Below the pieces are notes generated by a model, which worked only from the letters and a program-made list of their open reading frames with translations, searched no databases and was not told the DNA's origin. This document shows, one piece after another, positions 34,498 to 41,355 of a stretch of DNA of 55,929 nucleotides. A program made the translations under genes and the position numbers. Each line of letters begins with the position of its first letter. Positions within the stretch are counted from its first letter, which is position 1. The stretch comes from an uncultured Spirochaetaceae bacterium (GTDB lineage Bacteria; Spirochaetota; Spirochaetia; SZUA-6; DRHE01), in assembly GCA_964520025.1 (NCBI GenBank), contig CAZFMD010000001.1:1-55929 (forward strand), in the 5' to 3' direction.

Positions 34498-34938
34498 ATG
34501 CCGTACCGCTACCTGGACGATCTTACCGTTGCCGATGTGGCTTTCGAGGCTCGAGGCGCCACCCTGGAAGAACTGTTCACCGCCGCCTGGCAGGCAACCC
34601 TGCAGGTGATGATCCGCAATCCGGCCGCCCTCGCCGCCGTGCAGAAACGCAGCATCGCCCTTGAGGAAACGAGCCTGGATCTACTGCTCCACAACTTTCT
34701 TCAGGAACTGATCTTCTACAAGGACGCCGAGGGCCTGTTGCTGAGAATCGAGGACTGTCGAATTCAATGGGAACCGCAGAGCAGCAAACCCGCCAAACTC
34801 GAAGCACTAGCCGGCGGTCAACCCGTCGATGCCAATATTCACCGGCTGGGTGCGGACGTGAAAGCCGTCACCTTCTACCGTTTCAATCTGGCCCGAGAGA
34901 ATCGGGTATGGCGAGCGACCGTGATTCTGGATGTATAG
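34498..34938 (+). CDS. Archease (RtcB activator)
   Basis: MPYRYLDDLTVADVAFEARG..LEELF, about 146 aa, located directly after rtcB. GAGG lies 7 nt upstream of ATG 34498; the ORF track starts at GTG 34495. Confidence 0.85.
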   Translation: MPYRYLDDLTVADVAFEARGATLEELFTAAWQATLQVMIRNPAALAAVQKRSIALEETSLDLLLHNFLQELIFYKDAEGLLLRIEDCRIQWEPQSSKPAKLEALAGGQPVDANIHRLGADVKAVTFYRFNLARENRVWRATVILDV

Positions 34939-34983
34939 TAGCCGCTTCACGTACGGGATTTTCCGTTGGGGCGTTTTCTGCGT

Positions 34984-35012
34984 TTGACAATATGGAGAAT
35001 TGCCTGTAAAAA
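34984..35012 (+). promoter_or_regulatory. Candidate sigma-70 promoter (TTGACA-17-TAAAAA)
   Basis: TTGACA atatggagaattgcctg TAAAAA, 40 nt upstream of ATG 35052. Confidence 0.5.
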
Positions 35013-35019
35013 TAGCTGA

Positions 35020-35046
35020 ACCAAGGAGCACTGCACCAAGGAGCAC
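35020..35046 (+). repeat. 15-nt-period direct repeat duplicating the ribosome-binding site (ACCAAGGAGCAC x2)
   Basis: Identical 12-mers at 35020-35031 and 35035-35046. The second AAGGAG is 8 nt from the ATG. Confidence 0.7.
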
Positions 35047-35051
35047 ACCGA

Positions 35052-36173
35052 ATGCCAGAACCGATTGAGGTCCTCCCGATCACGAACAGGCGTGAACTCG
35101 AGACCTTTATCAAACTACCCTGGAAGATCTACAAGCAAGATCCAAACTGGGTACCGCCTCTCCTTGTCGAACAGAGAACGACTCTGGACACGAAGAAAAA
35201 CCCCTTCTTCCATCACAGCGAGAGCCAGAACTACCTGGCTTACCGGGATGGCACGCCGGTAGGCCGGATTTCGGCTATCGTCGACCACAACTACAACGAG
35301 TTTCAGAAGGCGCATAGCGGCTTTTTCGGTTTTTTCGAATCGATCAACGACAAAACGGTGGCGCAGGCGTTGTTTTCAACCGCGGCCAAGTGGATCCGTG
35401 AACGGGGGATGAACCGGATGCTCGGTCCCACCAACCCCTCCACGAACACCGTCCTGGGCTTGTTGATCAACGCCTTCGACAAGCCCGCGGTGCTGCAGAT
35501 GCCCTACAACCCGGCCTACTATGTGCAGCTGGTCGAAGAGTTCGGACTGACCAAGGCCCACGACCTGTACGCCTACTATATGGAGGACATCGTCCCTATC
35601 TCCGATAAGATCCAGCGAGTCTCGGAAATTGTACGGAAACGCAAAAAAGTGACTATACGGCCCGTCAACATGAGACGCCTGAAACAGGAGATCCAGCTGA
35701 TCAAGTCTGTTTACAATGATGCCTGGGAGCGAAATTGGGGCTTCGTCCCCTGGACCGATGCGGAGCTGGAGTACATGGCGGCGGATCTCAAAATGGCCGC
35801 CATCCCCGACCTGGTGCTGTTCGCCTACGTTGACGGCGAGTTGGCCGGCTGGTCCCTGGCTCTTCCCGATATCAATCAGGCCATAAAGCGCATCAATGGC
35901 CGACTGTTTCCCTTCGGTATCGTGAAACTGCTCTGGCACTCCAAGAGAACCGATATGCTGCGGGTGCTGAATCTAGGAATTCGCAAGAAATTCCAGGGCA
36001 TGGGGCTGGACGCGATTCTGTATTACGAGACCTACACCCGCGGGAACAAACACGGATTCCACCGCGGGGAGTTCTCCTGGATCCTTGAGGAAAACCTTCC
36101 CATGCGTAACGCCATGGAAAACTGGGGCGCCAGGATCTATAAAACCTACCGCCTGTACGGCAAGGACCTTTAG
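35052..36173 (+). CDS. Uncharacterised GNAT-like protein (two-lobed, ~373 aa family)
   Basis: N-terminus ELETFIKLPWKIYKQDPNWVPPL...KNPFFHHSE...VGRISAIVD, and C-terminus RKKFQGMGLDAILY (acetyl-CoA-type Q/R-x-x-G-x-G). Family recognition is from memory only. Confidence 0.5.
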   Translation: MPEPIEVLPITNRRELETFIKLPWKIYKQDPNWVPPLLVEQRTTLDTKKNPFFHHSESQNYLAYRDGTPVGRISAIVDHNYNEFQKAHSGFFGFFESINDKTVAQALFSTAAKWIRERGMNRMLGPTNPSTNTVLGLLINAFDKPAVLQMPYNPAYYVQLVEEFGLTKAHDLYAYYMEDIVPISDKIQRVSEIVRKRKKVTIRPVNMRRLKQEIQLIKSVYNDAWERNWGFVPWTDAELEYMAADLKMAAIPDLVLFAYVDGELAGWSLALPDINQAIKRINGRLFPFGIVKLLWHSKRTDMLRVLNLGIRKKFQGMGLDAILYYETYTRGNKHGFHRGEFSWILEENLPMRNAMENWGARIYKTYRLYGKDL

Positions 36174-36180
36174 GATTCCG

Positions 36181-36678
36181 CTACCAATCCCGAACCTCTG
36201 CTTCCAAGAGCATACGGATGTCGACCAGCTGCCCGATGTGGTAGGAGTTGTGGTCGACGACCAGGATCGCCTCCCGCAGCAGGTTCTGGCCGCTTCCGTG
36301 GTCAAAGGGAGCGAACAGATCGTTGTCCGGATTTTTCACCAGATCGATAATGTCCTTCAAATCCGCTCGGAATGAAGCGATCGTCTTCAGCCATTGCTCC
36401 TCGCTCTCAGGGGCAGGATTCTGAGGCCAGTACCCTGAAGGGTACTCCGGGGAAACGTGGGAGGGGTTTCTGCAGAACTCCAGGATATCCCATTGCACAA
36501 TCTGCAGGTGGTAAACCAGCTGCCAGGCCGTGTGAGCCAGATTCGGAACCTTTTTTCCGGTCAGATCGAAAGGAAATTCATCCACCGCCGCATCGAAATC
36601 GATATGGGCTCCCCGGCCCGAAAGGTGAAAGGCAATTTGGTCCCTCAAATCGGTGTTGCCGTTCAACAATGTTTTCAT
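36181..36678 (-). CDS. DinB-family (DinB_2) four-helix-bundle protein
   Basis: Trimmed to MKTLLNG. Contains HTAWQLVYHL and VVDHNSYHIGQLV (His triad pattern). Confidence 0.8.
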   Translation of the reverse strand: MKTLLNGNTDLRDQIAFHLSGRGAHIDFDAAVDEFPFDLTGKKVPNLAHTAWQLVYHLQIVQWDILEFCRNPSHVSPEYPSGYWPQNPAPESEEQWLKTIASFRADLKDIIDLVKNPDNDLFAPFDHGSGQNLLREAILVVDHNSYHIGQLVDIRMLLEAEVRDW

Positions 36679-36684
36679 GGATTC

Positions 36685-36713
36685 AGTATGACACACGGGG
36701 CCGAGATTAGCAA
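36685..36713 (-). promoter_or_regulatory. Candidate promoter (TTGCTA-17-CATACT); the -10 ends 6 nt before ATG 36678
   Basis: The reverse complement reads TTGCTA atctcggccccgtgtgt CATACT gaatcc ATG. Confidence 0.4.
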
Positions 36714-36722
36714 ATCCGGGGG

Positions 36723-36751
36723 TTGTCCACGGGAGACAGGATCAATATGAT
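36723..36751 (+). promoter_or_regulatory. Candidate promoter (TTGTCC-17-TATGAT); the -10 ends 6 nt before GTG 36758
   Basis: TTGTCC acgggagacaggatcaa TATGAT gggccc GTG. Confidence 0.4.
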
Positions 36752-36757
36752 GGGCCC

Positions 36758-37873
36758 GTGGATCGAGTAGATATCCTAGTCATCGGCGCCGGAGTGGTTG
36801 GATTGGCCGTGGCCGAGCGCCTGTCCCGCACAAGAAGAGGTCAGGAGATCGTGGTGCTGGAACGCCACGACGGTTTCGGGCGGGAAACCTCCTCACGCAA
36901 CAGCGAGGTCATTCACGCCGGTCTGTACTACGCACAAGATCTGCTCAAGACCACGCTCTGCATCCGGGGTAATCCGATGCTCTATGAGCTGTGCCGCAAA
37001 GAGGGAGTGCCCCACAGGAAGACCGGCAAGCTTATCCTGGCAACGGATAAATCCGAAGAACAGCAGCTGCAGGGTATCTTCGAACAGGCCGAGAAGAACG
37101 GAGTGGCCGGTATTCGTCTAGTCTCCGGCAAAGAAATCGAGGCCTTGGAGCCCTACTCATTCGGGCTTTCCGGCCTGTACAGTCCGGAAAGCGGCATCAT
37201 CGACTCGCACCAGCTGATGAAGTATTTCGAGCACACGGCGGAGTCTCGAGGCACCACCATGGCCTACGGAACCGAAGTGATCGCCCTGGAAAAGAGCGTC
37301 GACGGATACGTTGTGGAGATCAAGGACACCGATGGGGAGCAGCTGCAGCTTGAAAGCGCCGTGGTTATCAACTCCGCCGGTTTGTGGGCCGACAGGATCG
37401 CCTGGATGGCCGGCATAGACGTGGACAAGGAAGGCTACCGTATCTATCCGTGCAAGGGCGAGTACTTCAGCGTTTCCAGCCGCCACCAGGGCAAGGTGGG
37501 ACGCCTGGTTTATCCCACTCCCTCTACGATCCACCTGGGGGCCCACGCGGTCTTGAGTTTGGACGACAGGCTGAAGATCGGGCCCAACGCCGTGTACGTA
37601 GATGAGATATCCTACCAGGTCGACGAGGACGGGCAGGAGGAGTTCTATTCCAAAGCGCGGAGATTCCTCCCATTCCTGGAGCTCGAGGATCTGGCCCCGG
37701 ATATGGCCGGGATCCGTCCCAAGCTCTATCGGAAGGGCGAGCCTTTTCGGGATTTCATCATACAGGAGGAGGGAGAGCGGGGCCTGTCCGGTCTGGTCAA
37801 CCTGGTGGGGATCGAATCGCCGGGATTGACCACCTGTCTTACGATTGCCGAGGAGGTGGATCGGCTTCTGTAG
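36758..37873 (+). CDS. FAD-dependent oxidoreductase (L-2-hydroxyglutarate oxidase / GlpD-like DAO family)
   Basis: GTG start. Contains the dinucleotide motif DILVIGAGVVGLAVA, followed by RNSEVIHAGLYY. Confidence 0.8.
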   Translation: MDRVDILVIGAGVVGLAVAERLSRTRRGQEIVVLERHDGFGRETSSRNSEVIHAGLYYAQDLLKTTLCIRGNPMLYELCRKEGVPHRKTGKLILATDKSEEQQLQGIFEQAEKNGVAGIRLVSGKEIEALEPYSFGLSGLYSPESGIIDSHQLMKYFEHTAESRGTTMAYGTEVIALEKSVDGYVVEIKDTDGEQLQLESAVVINSAGLWADRIAWMAGIDVDKEGYRIYPCKGEYFSVSSRHQGKVGRLVYPTPSTIHLGAHAVLSLDDRLKIGPNAVYVDEISYQVDEDGQEEFYSKARRFLPFLELEDLAPDMAGIRPKLYRKGEPFRDFIIQEEGERGLSGLVNLVGIESPGLTTCLTIAEEVDRLL

Positions 37874-37887
37874 GTTAAGCCTACAGA
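37867..37887. terminator. Short bidirectional hairpin built from the two convergent stop codons
   Basis: TCTGTAGG-ttaag-CCTACAGA forms an 8-bp stem that includes the TAG of the + gene and the CTA (TAG) of the - gene. No U-tract on either side. Confidence 0.3.
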
Positions 37888-39200
37888 TCGATTCCGAAAT
37901 TCCTGATCTTGTTCAGCAGGGTACGCCGGGTAATTCCCAATTCGGCTGCGGCCCTGGTACGGTTTCCCTCCCAGCGGTGCAGAGCGGCGATGATCGCCTG
38001 CCTCTCCAGGCTCCGCAGGGTGGCTGGAGCGGGGGCAACGGGAGCTTCGCTCCGGGGCAGGGACAGGTCTGAGACGCTGATGGACCGCCCCTCGGCGAAG
38101 ATCAAAGCCCGCTCCAGCAGGTTCTCCAGCTCCCGCACGTTACCCGGAAACGAGTAGCCCCGAAGCTGCTGCAAAACCTGAGGATCGACCTCCCTTATAT
38201 TCTTACCAAGCTTATAGTTGAGCTTGCCGAGCAGCTGACCGATCAGCAGGGGAAGATCATCCAGACGGTTCCGCAACGGTGGAACGGCCAGATGGACCAC
38301 GTTCAGCCGGTAGAACAGATCCTCCCGGAAGGTCCTCTGTCGTACCCGCTCCCGCAGGTCCTGGTTGGTGGCGGCCAGGATGCGCGCATCCACCGGTATC
38401 AAATCCGTGGCACCCAACCTCTGCACCTTCCCGTCCTGAAGCACCCGCAGCAGCTTTACCTGCAGCTGGGCGGGCATCTCCCCGATCTCATCCAGAAACA
38501 GGGTTCCCGTGGAGGCCACCTCGAACAAACCTACCTTGCGCCGTTCCGCCCCGGTAAAGGCGCCCCGCTCGTAACCGAAAAGCTCGCTTTCCAGGAGGGA
38601 CTCGGGAATCCCTCCCACGTTCACGGGAATGAAGGGATTATCCGAGCGGGAAGAGAGGTTGTGGATCAGTCGGGCGATCACCTCTTTGCCGGTACCGCTC
38701 TCACCGGTGATCAGTACCGTGGAGGGGGTGTCTGCTACTTTCCCGATCGTCCTGCCGATCTCGAGCATCCCGGGCGTCTCTCCCAAGCCTTCGATCCCCG
38801 GCTGGGCGACCCGGCCGCCCAGGTCGATCTGATCCCGGAGTTTCTGATTCTCCACGATCTTCTTCAGCCTTACAATCAGCTCCTCCGGATCAAAAGGCTT
38901 GACGATGTAGTCCTGGGCGCCTAGCTTCATCGCTTCCACGGCATCCTGCACCTCCCCGAAGGCGGAAATCATGATTATGGGCAGGCGTGGACCTTCGTCG
39001 CGAATCCACCTGAGCAGCTCCAGGCCGTTCATCCCCGGCATGCGCAGGTCCACGATCCCGGCAGAGAAGACCTGCTCCTGGAGCAGACGCTTGGCGGACA
39101 AACCGTTTTCCGCGGACACCGTTTCGATGGCCTCGGTATCGAGGAATCGCCGGATAGATTCGCGGATGTTCTTCTCGTCGTCTACGACCAGGATTCTCAT
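37881..39200 (-). CDS. Sigma-54-dependent response regulator (NtrC/ZraR/AtoC family)
   Basis: REC domain ([10 protein letters not shown]), AAA+ domain with GESGTGKE and the sigma-54 contact loop GAFTGA, and a C-terminal Fis-type HTH ([16 protein letters not shown]). ATGA overlap with the kinase gene. Confidence 0.9.
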   Translation of the reverse strand: MRILVVDDEKNIRESIRRFLDTEAIETVSAENGLSAKRLLQEQVFSAGIVDLRMPGMNGLELLRWIRDEGPRLPIIMISAFGEVQDAVEAMKLGAQDYIVKPFDPEELIVRLKKIVENQKLRDQIDLGGRVAQPGIEGLGETPGMLEIGRTIGKVADTPSTVLITGESGTGKEVIARLIHNLSSRSDNPFIPVNVGGIPESLLESELFGYERGAFTGAERRKVGLFEVASTGTLFLDEIGEMPAQLQVKLLRVLQDGKVQRLGATDLIPVDARILAATNQDLRERVRQRTFREDLFYRLNVVHLAVPPLRNRLDDLPLLIGQLLGKLNYKLGKNIREVDPQVLQQLRGYSFPGNVRELENLLERALIFAEGRSISVSDLSLPRSEAPVAPAPATLRSLERQAIIAALHRWEGNRTRAAAELGITRRTLLNKIRNFGIDL

Positions 39201-40522
39201 GACTGTCTCTGGTGTGGATTCACCCGGTGTGGATTGCCGCGGACTTTACTGGTCTGGGGCGGGTTACCCCGCGGGAGGGAAACAACGGCTCGGGTTCCTC
39301 CCTCTCTTCTTCTCTGGACTCTCAAGGCCCCCCCGGCCGCTTCCACAAACCGTCTGCAAATGGAAAGACCCACTCCGGAACCGCTGATTTTACTCGTGTA
39401 GAAGGGATCGAAAATCTTCTCCCCCGCGTCCACCGGCACTCCCTCTCCCCGATCCAGAACCGTAATCTCCGCTCTGGTTTTCGACCTCGATAGGGCGATC
39501 TGTACCGAAGGCGCTTGCGGGGAGGCTGCCTGGCTCTCCAGGGCATTGTTGATCAGATTCTCCATCACCGAGCGCAATCTCTGCCTGTCAAAATGAATCT
39601 CGATTTTTGAACCGCCCTCATTCGTATAGGCGATCTGCCGGTCATAGCGCAGGATCATCTCCTCCACGAAGGAATCCAGGCCGATCGTTTCCGGCTGTCC
39701 CACCGGGTCCCGAAGAAAATCTCCGATCCTGTCGGTGAGCAGGCTCAGCCGGGCGACCTCCTCTTCGATGATTCGCAGGTCCCCGTGATTCGCCTCGGGC
39801 AGGGTCTTGCGCAGGATGCCCGTCTGAATGCGGATCGCACTCAGAGGATTCTTGATCTCGTGAGAGAGGGTGCGGCTGGCCTCGCCCAGCTGCGCCAGCT
39901 GCTGCTGGGAGGCCAGGGTCCTCCTGTACAGAGTATTCTTGTGGTAGAGGTAGCCGACAAATGCGATCACCAGCAGGATCAGAAGGGGCGCCAGCAGACC
40001 GGCGGTCTTGAAGGTACGCCGGGTGGACCAGTAACCTTCCACGCTGAGCTCGAGAAACAGCAGCTGCGAATTCTCCGGGCGCATCATCCGGGGCATACGG
40101 CGGTGCATATCCATCATCCCGGGAACCATACCGACCCAGCGGATCAGCGTCAGGGTTCTGCGCTCCTCGTGCAAGCGCAGGACCGGTCCGCGCAGGAGCT
40201 CCTGCTCCCTGATACCGGAAGGCAGCTGCAGGAAGGGGGGTGCGCTGCCCAGGCGCTGGAGCGCGGCGCCCTGGGAGGTGTAGATCCCGAAACCCACGAT
40301 CCGCTCCTGCAGGGACTCGCCGTTCAGCTCGCCGCCGTCTCGGCTGGCCTCCATCAGAGCCGCCGCGATCCTCTGGGCCTCGTACTCCAGCAGAAGGCTC
40401 TCCCTCCTGCTTCTGCCTGACAGCAGTACCAGCACAAGCGCGGTGATGGTCAGAAACAGGGCGAGTAGAAAGACGAAAAAAAGCAGTTCCTCTTTAAAGA
40501 ATCGGCGCAATCCCCGAGCCAT
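39197..40522 (-). CDS. Sensor histidine kinase with a periplasmic Met/His/Arg-rich loop
   Basis: Two TM segments flank a ~140-aa loop containing GMVPGMMDMHRRMPRMMRPE. It has the H-box SHEIKNPL, N-box NLINNALES, and G-boxes DRGEGV and GSGVGLS. Confidence 0.85.
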   Translation of the reverse strand: MARGLRRFFKEELLFFVFLLALFLTITALVLVLLSGRSRRESLLLEYEAQRIAAALMEASRDGGELNGESLQERIVGFGIYTSQGAALQRLGSAPPFLQLPSGIREQELLRGPVLRLHEERRTLTLIRWVGMVPGMMDMHRRMPRMMRPENSQLLFLELSVEGYWSTRRTFKTAGLLAPLLILLVIAFVGYLYHKNTLYRRTLASQQQLAQLGEASRTLSHEIKNPLSAIRIQTGILRKTLPEANHGDLRIIEEEVARLSLLTDRIGDFLRDPVGQPETIGLDSFVEEMILRYDRQIAYTNEGGSKIEIHFDRQRLRSVMENLINNALESQAASPQAPSVQIALSRSKTRAEITVLDRGEGVPVDAGEKIFDPFYTSKISGSGVGLSICRRFVEAAGGALRVQRRREGGTRAVVSLPRGNPPQTSKVRGNPHRVNPHQRQS

Positions 40523-40540
40523 AATTGATTGTAGCTTTCA

Positions 40541-40591
40541 AACAAAAAAGGGAAAAGGTCGCTGTGATCTATGCACCGCGAACCTTCTCCC
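40541..40591 (-). terminator. Rho-independent terminator after the small secreted-protein gene
   Basis: The minus-strand RNA reads GGGAGAAGGU(U)CGC - 15-nt loop - GCGACCUUUUCCC, followed by UUUUUUGUU. This is a 13-bp stem with one bulge and G.U pairs, starting 25 nt after the stop. Confidence 0.7.
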
Positions 40592-40615
40592 ATCTATGGT
40601 TAATGGACCCGGAGG

Positions 40616-41140
40616 CTACATCCGCCTTCCCCAGTCACGGTCCTCATCATAGCCGTAGGGCCGCCGGCCCCGTCCCATCATGCCCCCGCGATGGCCTCTT
40701 CCCGGGCCCCTCATGCCCCAGCGGCGGTCGTCCTCCAGATCGTACTCCTCACCGTCGATTACCGCCCTGGTGACCCAGAGATGCAGTTCCTCGTGCTCCT
40801 CATCTTCGAAATCACAGCAGGGCATGTCTTCCACAGTGTACCCCTCCACGGTAATGGTCTGTCCCTCCTCCAGCTCCAGTTCGTGGGCATAGAAACGAGG
40901 CACGAGAAGCTCGTACTCTTCAGCTCCACTTTTCAGCTCCGGATGCATTCGATTCTCGAAGTACAGCTCGCCGGTGACGGTGACCGTCTCCTCGGACAGC
41001 TGCGGCCCATCCCAGCGGGGCATGCGCCGCCAATCCGGGCGGACCCCTTCGCTTTTGTCTTCCTTGTTACCGGAAGCAAAGGCTCCAGTCGCGGCAACCA
41101 CGGCAATCAGGAGCAGGAACATAATCTTCTTCGCATTCAT
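40616..41140 (-). CDS. Small secreted protein, acidic core with a CC motif and a Gly/Arg/Met/His-rich tail; unknown family
   Basis: 174 aa with GGAGGG 5 nt upstream of the ATG. Signal peptide is FLLLIAVVAATGAFA/SG. The core is beta-like (VTVTGELYFEN...ITVEGYTVEDMPCCDFEDEEHEE). The tail is RRWGMRGPGRGHRGGMMGRGRRPYGY. It is expressed from the sigma-54 promoter listed below. Confidence 0.7.
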   Translation of the reverse strand: MNAKKIMFLLLIAVVAATGAFASGNKEDKSEGVRPDWRRMPRWDGPQLSEETVTVTGELYFENRMHPELKSGAEEYELLVPRFYAHELELEEGQTITVEGYTVEDMPCCDFEDEEHEELHLWVTRAVIDGEEYDLEDDRRWGMRGPGRGHRGGMMGRGRRPYGYDEDRDWGRRM

Positions 41141-41190
41141 AGATACCCTCCGTATCGTATTGGTTTTGCTTTGTTCACGCCAATGAGTAA

Positions 41191-41206
41191 TGCACGAAGC
41201 GTGCCA
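41191..41206 (-). promoter_or_regulatory. Sigma-54 (RpoN) promoter, -24/-12 type
   Basis: The reverse complement reads TGGCACG-cttc-GTGCA against the consensus TGGCACG-N4-TTGCA/T (one mismatch, GG-N10-GC spacing). It lies 51-66 nt upstream of ATG 41140, and an EBP with GAFTGA is encoded downstream. Confidence 0.7.
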
Positions 41207-41286
41207 TACTCACGGGACGAGGCGGGGGTTCTACCCGCGGCTCCACTGATTTTTTTGACCTGACGACGCCAGTTCCCAGATCTTGG

Positions 41287-41326
41287 TGAGAAATCCTTTC
41301 TCATCAGTAAAAAGTGAGAAAGAATT
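41287..41326. repeat. Three TGAGAAA half-sites in alternating orientation (candidate EBP upstream activating sequence, ATPase terminator, or both)
   Basis: TGAGAAA (41287-41293), TTTCTCA (41297-41303) and TGAGAAAG (41315-41322). On the minus RNA a 12-bp stem (AAUUCUUUCUCA / UGAGAAAGGAUU) or an alternative 7-bp stem can form. Confidence 0.5.
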
Positions 41327-41355
41327 TCCCATCTGCAGGGGGTAGCGGCGAAACT

